Assembly: GCA_043228905.1 (NCBI GenBank)
Contig: JBHGNT010000001.1
Coordinates: 18,290,001 to 18,354,000 of the forward strand
Reading direction: 5' to 3'
Length of the DNA stretch: 64,000 nt
DNA from: Azolla caroliniana
Taxonomy: Eukaryota; Plantae; Polypodiophyta
How positions within the stretch are numbered: position 1 is the stretch's first letter; each line of letters opens with the position of its first letter. Made by a program: the position numbers and the translations under genes. The notes beneath the pieces were generated by a model. The model made no database searches. It worked only from the letters and a program-made list of their open reading frames with translations, and was not told where the DNA came from. Below are positions 1-11,519 of the stretch, one piece after another.

Positions 1-1084
1 TCCATCCAAACAATTCAACTCAGATCACCCTGACAGTTCTATGCTCCAAACACACGGATATGAAGTATGGGTTCTAGGTCTGCTTATATACTAATGGATC
101 CGATATTGTCCTATCTATGTGGGATATCTTACAGTTTTGTTTCCCAATATTCTCAAACTTTATACTAACACAAGATTCCTTGTCGATCTTTAGAAAGGTA
201 CACTTTACGTACCCCTTTCAAGCACACGATCATTACAAAAATGTTGGCTGAATCTAAATCTTCGTAGTCAAATCATAATATACGGCCATACATAAATGCA
301 GTGTCTTTTTTAAGGTGACTGTCGTCATTCTTCTTTGTCGTATACATCACGACTTTTTTCTTGGAGTCGACGTACTGCATACACCATTCATTGTCTATTA
401 GATCACGGATAGGAAGGTCCTCTCCACCAGTAGCATGAACATTTTCTTTTGGCGAACTTCTTCGAATGGTTGAGATTTTGTCTCATTGAAGAGAAGTTTT
501 TTTCCTCTCTTCATGTTCTAAGGAACTATTTGTTTCTGGGTCTCGACTGGAGAGCCCTGATATCAGAGCTTTATTTTCTTCACAGGTCGGTCTGACAAGT
601 TCTCAAATGACCTATTTAAGAAAGGACGTGCGAAAATATAAGTTAGTTCGTTCCCTAGATTTAGCTTACCTATTAAAATACACATAAGCAGAGTAAGACA
701 AAAACTAGCAAGCGACTTGTGCTAAACTCTAAATTTCAATCATATTTTCTGTGAACACGATACACCTTTATTGTGAATTTAAATTTAGTAAGGGCTATTG
801 AACTTGGAAAATTATATATCTTCATAAATTTACAAGGATATGTATCATATTGGAGGGTATGTATGGTCATATTGATTTTGGTGCCAAGGTATGGTCACAT
901 TGGTATCATAAACGTAATTCGTGTGTTATTTTCTATTATTTCAAGCTATTATAGGTCATACAACCTATGTCAATAAGGGCACTAAATGTTACAAAATTTA
1001 GCAAATTTTGCTAAAAATGTCTGAATTGGACATCAAATTGGTATCTTTTCACACGTATATCAATAAGTTCCCCTAAACACACAG

Positions 1085-1397
1085 TATTCCTGTTTAAAAA
1101 GAGTGTTTTATACAGGAACTTGATACGGTGTATCGAGTTCCTGTATAAAACCCCCACTTTAAACAAGAACTCGATATGGCGTATTGAATTCCTGTTTAAA
1201 AAGAGTGTTTTAGACAAGAACTCGATACGGTGTATCGAGTTCCTGTTTAAAGTGGGGGTTTTAGACAAGAACTCGATACGGCATATCGAGTTCCGATATA
1301 AAACCCCCACTTTAAACAGGAATTCCATATGCCATATTGAGTTCCCCATGATAATAGAGAACTCTACAAAGGAACTCGATACCCAGTATCGAGTTCT
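1085..1397. repeat. Array of ~6 palindromic repeats (ACAGGAACTCGATAC-ggt-GTATCGAGTTCCTGT) with 51-bp period
   Basis: GAACT cores start at 1116, 1167, 1218, 1269, 1320 and 1372. The 18-bp spacers are ATAAAACCCCCACTTTAA, a near reverse complement of it (TTAAAGTGGGGGTTTTAG), or TTAAAAAGAGTGTTTTA(G/T). Confidence 0.9.
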
Positions 1398-1739
1398 AGT
1401 GATTGAAAATCATATTGTAAACAAAAGTGTCCGTACAGTCAAGCGCTTACCTGGTATCTTGGCGTTCACTCTTCTTAGAAGACATGATTGTCGTGGTAGA
1501 TGCTAACGGGGAGATGACGATTGTTGTTACATGCTCTGGGCTCTGTTTGCTCATGTGCTCTGTTCTACGTGTGAGTGATCGCGAAATGAGGGGGTCTTCC
1601 TATTTATAAGGATTGACCACAGTTACTTTAACCATGGTTGTTAAACTTCAAGTTAGTTAGTTAGACCTAAGAGAGAGTTTCTTTGACCTTAGTACACTTT
1701 TTTCTTAGACCTTAGTACACTTTATTCATTACATAATCT

Positions 1740-2290
1740 TGAATGTACCAATGATTGGGTATTGAAACCAATATAATTATGACTCTCTAATGGGTTTAAA
1801 TTAAATGATGTTCATGAATGAATCAATGATTAAATACTGAAACTAACATATTAATGATTATTTTATATTTTTTATTGCCTTTGAAGGGCATGAATAAAAC
1901 AATGATTGAATAGTCTAACCAAAATATTCATGACTCTCTAATGTGCATTATTAAATATGAAGTTCATGAATGAACCAATGATTGAATACTCACATCAACA
2001 TTTTTATGACTCTCTAATGTTTTGTATTAAAGATAGTGGCCATGAATGAACCAATGATTGAAAAGGCTTATAATTAAAATGGTGGGCATGAATGAACCAA
2101 TGATTGAATACTCACATCAACATTTTTATGACTCTCTAATGTTTTGTATTAAAGATAGTGGCCATGAATGAACCAATGATTGAAAAGGCTTATAATTAAA
2201 ATGGTGGGCATGAATGAATCAATGATTGAGAAGTTCTATATTAAATATGGGTGCCATAAATGAACCAATGATTTTATATTTAAACCCACA
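1740..2290. repeat. Minisatellite anchored on CATGAATGAACCAATGATTGAA; 76- and 46-bp units form a 122-bp higher-order repeat
   Basis: Core motif near 1814, 1889, 1965, 2041, 2087, 2163, 2209 and 2255; 1965-2086 is repeated at 2087-2208. Confidence 0.85.
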
Positions 2291-3420
2291 TATATATGGC
2301 TTTTTAATGATTGTAAATATATCAAATATATCTATAAAAATTGAACTTATATAATATATGTATACTATATAATTAATGTTTAGGAGTACCAAGTAGGCGT
2401 ACACGTGGAGAATATTATTGCCCTAATGATTGGGATTAAACTTAGATATTTTTGCCTCCATATATTCAGTAATATTATACTTGATGGCTAAAGTAAATTT
2501 AATTTAAATTATATACTATAGGATTAATAAGGTATAAAATATAATTGATGGACTTTATACTCACTAGTTTAAGTAGTTATTAATATGTTGAATAAAATTA
2601 TTATATTAAAAATAATATCTTTCTATATTGTATTATTATAATATTAAATAATATAAACATTATATCGAGGGAGCTTATATTTAGAGAGGAGCTTATCATT
2701 TTTTATAATAGCCCAAGCAAATAACTTGAAGAGCTCTGTGTGGACCTTAAGCCATGAGTGAAGACTCACCGTTCTCGATTGAAGAATGTTGTTTGTCATC
2801 AAACTCTTCATTTTCTACCAAAGAGTATTGTTTGTCGACAGACTCACCCATTTCTATCGAAGAGTATTGTCTGAGCTTATCTTCACCTAAAACACATGTG
2901 AAGAGTTCACTATTGAAGAATACGATATTAATAAAGATACAATGAAGGTAGTGCCAATGAAACATCGAAGATCATGGGAGGTGGTGACAACAAAGAATTG
3001 GATTGTAACAAGGTTACCCCAACTTCTATGCAAGAAGAGAAATCTGGAAGCCCTATGCATATTAGAAGAATCTCACGTAGAATTCTTCTAGCCAGATTTA
3101 ACTTGGTGACATCAAATAAGTAGATTGGATTTGATCTCAACAAAGCATGTTATGCCCGTGGTTGTATGTTATGATTGGAAAATCAAAGTTGCGAGAATTA
3201 AGGCGATATTATTTTTCGATGACTGGTGATGAGCAAGACACTTACCTCGGGTCACAAATGTACGGAGATCAAAGTATCACTCAAGTATTATATCTTCCAT
3301 ACGCAACAGATATGTAGAGTTGCCTTCAAAATTGTGCTATGTGTTAGTAACATGCGGCTACATAGAGTACAACAACGTCTACTTAGCGGGGATCAGATGC
3401 TCAATTGTAAAGAGGTTCCA

Positions 3421-3755
3421 AGTATGAAAGGTGCAATTGGAAGACATTCTATTGGTTGGATGAAAAGCTACTTTCAGTTAAATTATGAAGTAATGCTCAC
3501 TACAGGTAGGATGCACCTCTCTGATAATTACACACGTCTGGAAGTTTATGATGTCTATCAATCAGATATGGTGGGCTCAAGTAATAAAGTATGAAAGGTG
3601 CAATTGGAAGACATTCTATTGGTTGGATGAAAAGCTACTTTCAGTTAAATTATGAAGTAATGCTCACTACAGGTAGGATGCACCTCTCTGATAATTACAC
3701 ATGTCTGGAAGTTTATGATGTCTATCAATCAGATATGGTGGGCTCAAGTAATAAA
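3421..3755 (+). repeat. 167-bp tandem duplication inside the transposase, causing a frameshift
   Basis: MKGAIGRHSIGWMKSY... is encoded from both 3424 and 3591. Confidence 0.9.
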
Positions 3756-5296
3756 TCTTTCACATATTGCCAATTCACAAGATTATGGAGAGCTCGGATT
3801 TCAAATGTTATCATTCCCCGTAAAGTACGCATGGGGTATTGCTCCATTTGTGCAATTCTTAAAAGTTTGGCTAAAGGTGCAAAGACATCAATGGAAAAGG
3901 ATATGAGTAAGAAGTTAGTACAGGAGCATCGTGAGGCACAATCGTTAGAATGAAAGAAGGCGATGCATCATAGAGAGAAGTGTTTGAAGAGGCCCGAACA
4001 ATAAATGTTCTTAATGATAGATGGCATGGACTAGAAGAAGATGTGCTTGCCGCATATACGGAGGCTCCCCAAAGACATCAATGATGAGTGCCTTGTTCAA
4101 ATGCACTTGGTGGGATGCTTGGCTTATCATAGGGTTGTTGGACCTCACGTCTTCATTACATACCCCAATGTTCACAATGACCCTAACCTAACAGTTACAG
4201 TGATTCACCAAGTTTTGATGTCTTGGGGCCAACCATTCCCCCTGTTCTATACATTGAATTGGACAATACTACTGGAGAGAACAAAAATTCAATTGTGTTT
4301 GGCTATCTAAGTATGTTGGTCAACCAAGGATTGTTTAGAAAAGTGAAAGTCAATTTTCTTTTGGTTGGCCACACACATGATCATATAGATCATATGTTTA
4401 GCACATTCTCTAGATAAATGTCTCGGCATGATGATTTCATATTACCAAAACTATTTGATGTCATTTGTGATGCATATACACCACGCCCAAAAGTGTTACA
4501 CTTGAAGGAGGTATATGACTTTATGAGATATATATCAGATGGGGGTGTTGGGAATGTGAAAGTGCTTGCCTAGTTAAACAATATAAGCTTCAATCACATT
4601 TTTATGATAAAGAAAAATGAAATAAGTGGTTCGACGCTTTTGTATGCCAAACAATATTCATCTTCTACAACATGGGAACCTGAAGGTGGTTGCCAATTCT
4701 TACTTTGTATGCCGAGTACAATTGTCCATGGAGCTAAACAAATGCCAATTGAGAAGAAAGGACAGTTGCATAGTGACTTGGTATCGGAACAAAAACAATT
4801 ATGGCTCCAAGCCTTAGAAGAAAAAAGAAAGCATATTGAGGGCACAAAGAAATATGCCACACAACAAGACACGTCATGGTGGGATGTATTTTTTAGTGAT
4901 CAGAAAGGAATTATAGACAATTGTGTATTTGATGATAATTGGAATTTGGAAATGCCATTCACATGGTCGCTATAACATTATCGTGTAAATAAAACTCCGG
5001 AGCAACCAACAAATGCGATTAATGACAGTTTGGTCTATCCACAACAAAGAGACATTTATGTGGGACCAAGGATGACCAAATTTTGGGTTGGTAAAATTCT
5101 AGAAGTGCTAATGCGTGAAATAGAAAACACGATCAAGTCTATAAAAGTTCATTGGCAAATGCTTTTACGGGCAAGTATACATTGGAGATGATTGAATGCC
5201 CAACGACAAGGGGAGGTAGGAAGAGGAAGCAAAACATTTGTAACACCTCGACCCTTGATATCTCTGATGTGGATATCATCGTGTATGACTTCACAC

Positions 5297-6469
5297 TGTT
5301 GTGAAGATTTTCGGCAATGGTGTAAAAATCAAATAAAACATACGAAATCGAGTATGAATCATATAAAACAATAATAGTGAAAATACTATTTAAAATATGT
5401 TTAATATCTTAGTACAAAAAGATGGAGGTCTTCAAGAGCTTTCAAATGTGCTTTACCACATAAAAAACGGACATCTAAGTGACAAGTTATGAGGGAGTGA
5501 AGTATGAGAAGGAAGAAGAGAAAAATAAAACCGTGAGATATCCTACATAGACAGGAAATAAGGATCTCACCATATATAAGGTAGAGCAAAAGCTATTATC
5601 TTTTTGTCTATGTGTGGAACATAGAGAGTTCAAGGTGACTTGAACTAAGCTATTGGATGAATGGGTGTGGCCTAGCTACTTGTAAAGGTTTTGCCCAACC
5701 AAAACCGAACCGACAATGTAACCGGCATCTGGCAATAGAACCAGGACCTGGTGACCGAATGGTAACTAGCATCCGGCATCCGGTGACTGAACGGTAACTG
5801 GGATCCAACAACCGGTGACCAACGGTAACCGGCGTCATCCGGCGACCGGATAGATATATAAATAAATAAATGTATACGCATATATATATACACAAGGAGT
5901 GCGAGTGTCGATTTGAACTTTGCATCTCCAAGTTGAGAGTCCATACGCTTACCACTAAGCCAAGACATTTTCTTGAAATAATATTTTTATCATTCTAACT
6001 TTACATGTAAATTCTCATATATGAGAGCTAAAATGAGTGACGTGGTTATAATGCACCACATGTAATACATGAGCGCCAAATGGCAATCATGCATTTTATG
6101 CATGTCTTGAACCCTCAAATGCATGAGGGCATCTATAAAAGAGGGGATGAAAAAGATCAAAGGGGGATTTTGTAATATAAAATTCTTTGATAAAAAAGAG
6201 CTTTGTACTTTAAATCAAAATTAATATTTAGAAGAAAATTCGCTATCCTTTTGATGATATACCTTGTTCTTGAAGTCTAAAGTCAAGAGTTCAATATTAA
6301 TCTCTCTCAATCTAAAATCAAATGTTCTATCTTATCTCAATCTCTCTCTCTCTTTCAATCTATCTTAATTCCTTTCTTGCAAAAGCTAGTGCCAACTTTG
6401 AGTCCTTCCGGTTCAAAACCCCGGCGGTTCCGCCTCACGATCCACGTGTAGTGATGGATCTTCACGACA
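5297..6469 (+). mobile_element. Solo LTR (gypsy-type, related to the LTR at 34289-34988)
   Basis: Terminal inverted ends TGTTGTGAAGA...TCTTCACGACA and 4-bp TSD ACAC/ACGC. Segment 6050-6469 is similar to 34560-34988. Confidence 0.8.
5900..5967 (-). other. tRNA-like relic (A box + B box) inside the solo LTR
   Basis: Minus strand reads TGGCTTAGTGGTAAG...AAGTTCAAATC with tRNA-like spacing; the cloverleaf is degraded. Confidence 0.45.
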
Positions 6470-7409
6470 ACGCTTACAAAAGCCGCACAATTAAGGAAGT
6501 CAACAATAGATATAATAAAAGAAAAATTACCAGGTCTACAAGGTGGCTGGAGTCAAAGGCAAACAACATCTGCTACATATAATCTAGAGTAAAACCATTT
6601 GGTTTATGACGAAGATAATGCATTAATTGGTACATCCGAGGATGACGAGGAGGAATCGTCATTGTATATTAGTTATAATCGTGATTCTCCGTAAAGGAGT
6701 GATCATGAATGTATTTTTGGCTATTAAGTGTAGCTACATTCCTCTTGTAACAAATCAAGTATTATAAAAGCACATATTTTGAATTCTTATGATTTCTATG
6801 AAAATTGTTTCTTATAAAATAACATTGGTTGTAAAGTTTGTGATATAAATTGAGAATGTAACTTTTTGAAATTGCTCTTTTTGTTTTCTCTAAATCACGA
6901 AAATAGTGGATTTTTTATCTTTTTCATAGTATATTTGAACATGTATGATACTAGTATCAATGTGTTTTGTAAAATCATTGAAAAAGTACTAAAATCAATC
7001 AAAATATTCCTTATCCTTCCATTTATGCACGATCCTTCCACTTGTGAACGCGAACGTGTCCGTATCATACGTGCATTCGCATTCGAGAATGATTCAACCA
7101 AACGTGTATGGTAAATCATCTCAAATTGGATTGGATTGTCTATGGTCTATATTATATATTGATTCACTCTCAATCCCAATAATTGGACTCTAATCCAATG
7201 TGAACCACCAACATTAGTATGGTTGCAATATTTGCATTGTATCACATGCATACTTTTGGGATGCTTCTTAAGAATCAAGACATCTCTTTCATCCTCACTT
7301 TACAAAAAAAGGAGTATGAACTATAGAGATTGAATCAAAATATGTCATTATAAATTATAATCAAACATTCAAAAACTCATAAAACGTATATTCGAGAATA
7401 TGAAGAAAA

Positions 7410-7875
7410 CATGACATAGGCAGTAGTAGCATAACAACTTACCACTAGGGTGACCTAATTTCTAATAACAAAGAAAGAAGGAAAAAAAAAAGGAACATGA
7501 CAATAACATAAAAATTTGCCATGACATAGGCAATAGTAGTATAACAACTTACCACTAGGGTGAGCTAATTTCTAATAACAAAAAAAGAAAGAGAAAGAGA
7601 AAAAACGAACACGACACTAACAAGAGGATATGAGAAAGTTGGGAATTGAACCCAAGCCACAAGTAATAGTGGCACGATAACTTACCACTAGGTTGTACTT
7701 AGTTCGAATAATAAGAAAATAAAATAAAATGATGATGCCACTAATATAAAATTTTGCTATGACATGGTACTAACGAGAGAGAGGGAGGGAGAGGGAGAGA
7801 TGAAAAAATTGGGAATCGAAACCAAGACATAGACAACAATAGCATGACTCCTTACCACTAGGGGTGAGCTAAATT
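7410..7875 (-). repeat. Four degenerate tRNA-like / Pol III-box repeats separated by A-rich linkers
   Basis: CTTACCACTAGG occurs near 7438, 7548, 7681 and 7850. Two copies also carry GGGAATTGAACC / GGGAATCGAAACC, which is a B box on the minus strand. Confidence 0.6.
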
Positions 7876-8439
7876 TGTAATGACAATAAATTCAATGAAA
7901 AAAAAGAAAAAAAAAGGAGCACGCATTTTTCCCTTTTCAAACGTGTTAGTTTCCAAACATTTTCAAACGTTTGAATGCTTGCACGAACACGAATATTACG
8001 TTGTATGTACTAACATAACTTGATACTTAATTGTCCATTTCATATGTAGTAAAATGCGGTCGGAAGCTCTTGAAGACGTCCATCTTTCCATACCAAGCCA
8101 TTAAGCTAATCTAAAATAATTATTTAATTAGTTTTCATATCGTGTGTGAAGAAATACACGATAGTGTCATCCCTATCTTGATGATCCATGAGGGCAGTTG
8201 GTAAACACCCTCCTTCCCCTTCCACTTGGCTTGACATATTCATTAGTAAAATGAAACAAAAAAAGACACGTAGCTAGTAACTATATCATATGCAAACCGG
8301 TTATTGGTAGGAGTGATCCCACCAGTTGCAAGAGCACACAGTGGCGGTAAGTTTATGTTTGTTGCAATAGAGTTAAAGCTACTCAACCACCATCGGGAAC
8401 GAACAGTGATGACTATTTGCAACAACAATACACAAAATT

Positions 8440-9200
8440 ATTTCGCAATACACAAGATTATACACAACAATACACAAGATAATCAATAGACGAAGATGTA
8501 GATGTAATGGCTACTAGTCAGAGCGAACACTTATTGCAATCCAAGACCGAACAATGGCGAGAATTGAGCATACAATGGCCGCAATGGAGGAACTAACTCA
8601 ATCAGATTGAATAGTGGCAGCAATCCAAAACTAAACAATGGCAGCAACTAAGAGTACAATGGTGACAATACAAAAGATTATTCACAACAATACACAAGAT
8701 AATCAATAGACGAAGATGTAGATGCAATGGCTACCAGTCGGAGCGAACAAGTATTGCAATCAAGGACCAAATAGTGGTGACAACTGAGTGTACAATGGCC
8801 ACAATGGAGGAACTAACTCAGGCAGATCAAATAGTGGCAACAATCCAAAACCGAACAATGGTGGAAACTGAGAGTACAATGGTGACAATGGAGGAGTGAA
8901 CTCTGTTGGATCAAATAGTGGCGGCAATCTAGAACCGAATAGTGGCAGCAACTGAGTGTACAATGGCCGCAATGGAGGAACTAACTTAGTCCGATTGAAT
9001 AGTGGCGGCAATCCAGAACCGAACAGTGGCGGCAACTAAGAGTACAATGGCGACAATGGAGGAGGGAACTCCGTTGGATCGAATAGTGGCAGCAATCCAG
9101 GACCAAATAATGGCGGCAACTAAGTGTAGAATAGTGGTAATAGAGGAGTGAACTCAATAGGAGCGAGAAGTGGTAGTAATCTAAGCCTGAATAGTCATAA
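8440..9200. repeat. 84-bp (28-codon) coding-like tandem repeat with alternating A/B units, plus a ~220-bp duplication
   Basis: Minus frame reads LPPLFGSGLPPLFDPTEFTPPLSPLYSQ-like units (ORF 8760-9035); plus frame reads NSGGNPEPNSGGN*EYNG. Segment ~8448-8560 is repeated at ~8667-8780. Confidence 0.75.
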
Positions 9201-9379
9201 AGTGATGGCCAACGTGATGTGGCAATGGATCATGCATAATGGAATTTGGTATATAATTTATGCTGAACATTTCCATTTATGGTGCACATTTATAGTGCTC
9301 ATTTATATAATTAAAACATTCTAATGTTTTCATTCATGGTGCAAAAATGACTATTTCATGGTAGCTTTTTCAATAGCTA

Positions 9380-11233
9380 ATTGTTTCCACTCCCATGCTT
9401 TCACCTGTATGTGATCCGAGATGGACTCTAGAAAATAGAATAACACATGGGAGTTGGTAAAGTTACCAGTTGGAACAAAGCCGCTACCCTGCAAATGGGT
9501 CTTTAGAAACAAATATGTATCCGATTTGGAGAAGCCCAAATATAAAGCTCGGCTCATTGTCAAAGGTTTCAAATATTAACATGGGGTTGACTACGGAGAA
9601 TATTTTTTTCTAGTAGTCAAGATGATCACCCTCTGACTCCTTCTTTGGTCCGTGGTGACAGAAGACCTAGAGCTTGAATAGTTAGACGTGAAGGCAACTT
9701 TCCTTCACGAAGATCTAGATGAAGACATCTACATGTTGTTAGGATCTCGGTCCCTCTGGATGGGATACAAAGGCCCGGCAATGGAAGACCCTGGTGAGAA
9801 CCGGATAACGAGTATCCGGCAAGGAAGACCCGATGAGAACCGGATGTTGCAAGCCCGGTGAGAACCTCTGACCGGATAAAGGGACATATATGTAGATATG
9901 TTTCTGAGAGCCCATTGGGGCTATATCTGTAAATAGTCCTAATGTCATATTAGTATAAATGTGACCTAGGGCAAACAATGTCTGTTAATTATAGTTGTTG
10001 TTATTATATTTGTATAGTGTAATTGACTATAACGACTGTACTGAGAGAGAGAGAGAGAGAGAAATACAAAGCATGTCTCTGTTGTAACAGTCGCTAGGCG
10101 AAGATTGTGAGCAAGAGGTCGTTGCCTCTGTGCTCCCTGTTGTACTCCTTGGCATAGTGATAGTTTGGAGTCTTTGGACTCCTGTGGTTTTTCCCTCTCA
10201 AGGTTTTCCACGTAAACATCCTGTGTATTCTCTTTCTGTTTGTGTACTTACCTCCATCCCCATTTCTTCTGTGTTTGATTGTCATCAAGTGATCTACGCT
10301 TCGGTTGTTGCCGGAGATTATTCCGCATATTTCTTGTCACATGTCTCAATCGGCGGTCTTCACGGCGACGGGGGAGCAAGGTCACCTTATCTACAAGTTG
10401 AAGAAGAGCTTGTACGGCCTCAAGCAAGCGCCAAAAATGTGGTACCAAAAGTTCAATACTGATATCCGGTACCGCAGCTACAACTGGTCAGACTCCAAAC
10501 CATGCATGTACATCTGACAATTGGGCGATGAGTTCTGGATCTACCTGATCCTATATGTTGAAGATATGTTGATTGCAGGGAGCAATCAAGCACAAATTGG
10601 AAGATTGAAGCAAATCCTTCATAACAAAATTTCAATGAAGGAATTGAGACAAGCCCTACATATCTTGGGCATGAGGATCGAGCAAAATTGGATGATGAAG
10701 ACTCTCTCCGGCTCTCCGAGTCCGATTATATTCAAAAGGTAGTTAGAAGGTTTAACATGGAGAATGATACGTTGGTACCAACTCCACTGCCGGTCTTCAA
10801 TTGGTACATGTTGAACCCATGAGGGAAGCATTGGGAGTCTATCAAGAACATCTTCAGGTATTTGCAAGGATCGAAGATGTAGAGCTAGCTTTTGGATCGG
10901 CCAATCCAACCGAAGTTGACGGCTATATAGACTCTGACTACATAGACAATCTGGATAATCTAAAGTCAACATCAAGCTATATATTCACCTATGGCATCAG
11001 TGCCATATCATGGAGGTCGAAATTGCAAGACCGCAATAAACCTCATTCATAATCCAGTTTATCATGCTAAAACAAAACATATTGAGGTGTTGTTTGATCA
11101 TATTCGGGAGCTCATAACGAAGAAGAAGCTTGAAGTCCGAAAGATCGACACTGAGGTGAACATCGCCGATTGCCTGACGAAGCCAGTCCCAGAACAACGC
11201 TTCGGAACACTAAGGAACATGATGGGATCATGA
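9380..11233 (+). mobile_element. pol: Ty1/copia RT-RNaseH fragment (degenerate, internally deleted)
   Basis: TWELVKLP, YKARL, KLKKSLYGLKQAPKMWY, LILYVEDMLIAG, NPVYHAKTKHIEV, NIADCLTK. Confidence 0.9.
9737..10339 (+). mobile_element. Solo LTR of a copia family related to the elements at 22628 and 54487
   Basis: TGTTAGG...TTGTCA with a perfect 5-bp TSD CATGT. It splits the host RT motif DIYM|SQ. Confidence 0.9.
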
Positions 11234-11519
11234 CAAGCAACCGAGTAGAAAGGAGTCGAAGACCGGCCCGATCATACAAAGCAAAAAGGAAAAGTCCAAA
11301 GAATCGGTATGCCGAGAGGTTGAAGACGTTGCACTCAGTGAGGATACCGACGAGAGAGGAGAGGATCAAGGGACGAATGAACCCGAAGAAAAATTGAGGA
11401 TCCAACGTGCAACACAGGAGTGAGCGCTATCACAGAATTCCACAGGTACGTGTAGGATCTTAGGCGGGACTGTGGCAGTATTGGACTAGGGAGTAGAGGG
11501 AGCTTAACCTTTGAGCTTT

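Larger units (their letters stand above)
2754..6693 (+). pseudogene. Decayed DNA transposase (Sola-like / DUF7869-type DDD nuclease), interrupted by a solo LTR at 5297-6469
   Basis: Fragments in order: CSICAILK, IDGMD(Q)KK..LPH, YIELDNTTGENKNSIVFGYL, VNFLLVGHTHDHIDHMFS, KFWVGKILEV..IKVHW. The frame VYDF|TLTKAAQLRKST resumes after the LTR is removed. Many stops and frameshifts; the family call is from motif recall. Confidence 0.7.

Noticed and set aside
1-700. Possible decayed coding sequence
   Set aside because: No recognisable motif in the frames examined, and many stops.
1085-1397. CRISPR array
   Set aside because: Spacers are only 18 bp and repeat one another, there are no cas genes, and the context is eukaryotic.
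1011-1506. Repetitive ORFs on both strands
   Set aside because: They are a by-product of a palindromic repeat whose 51-bp period is a multiple of three.
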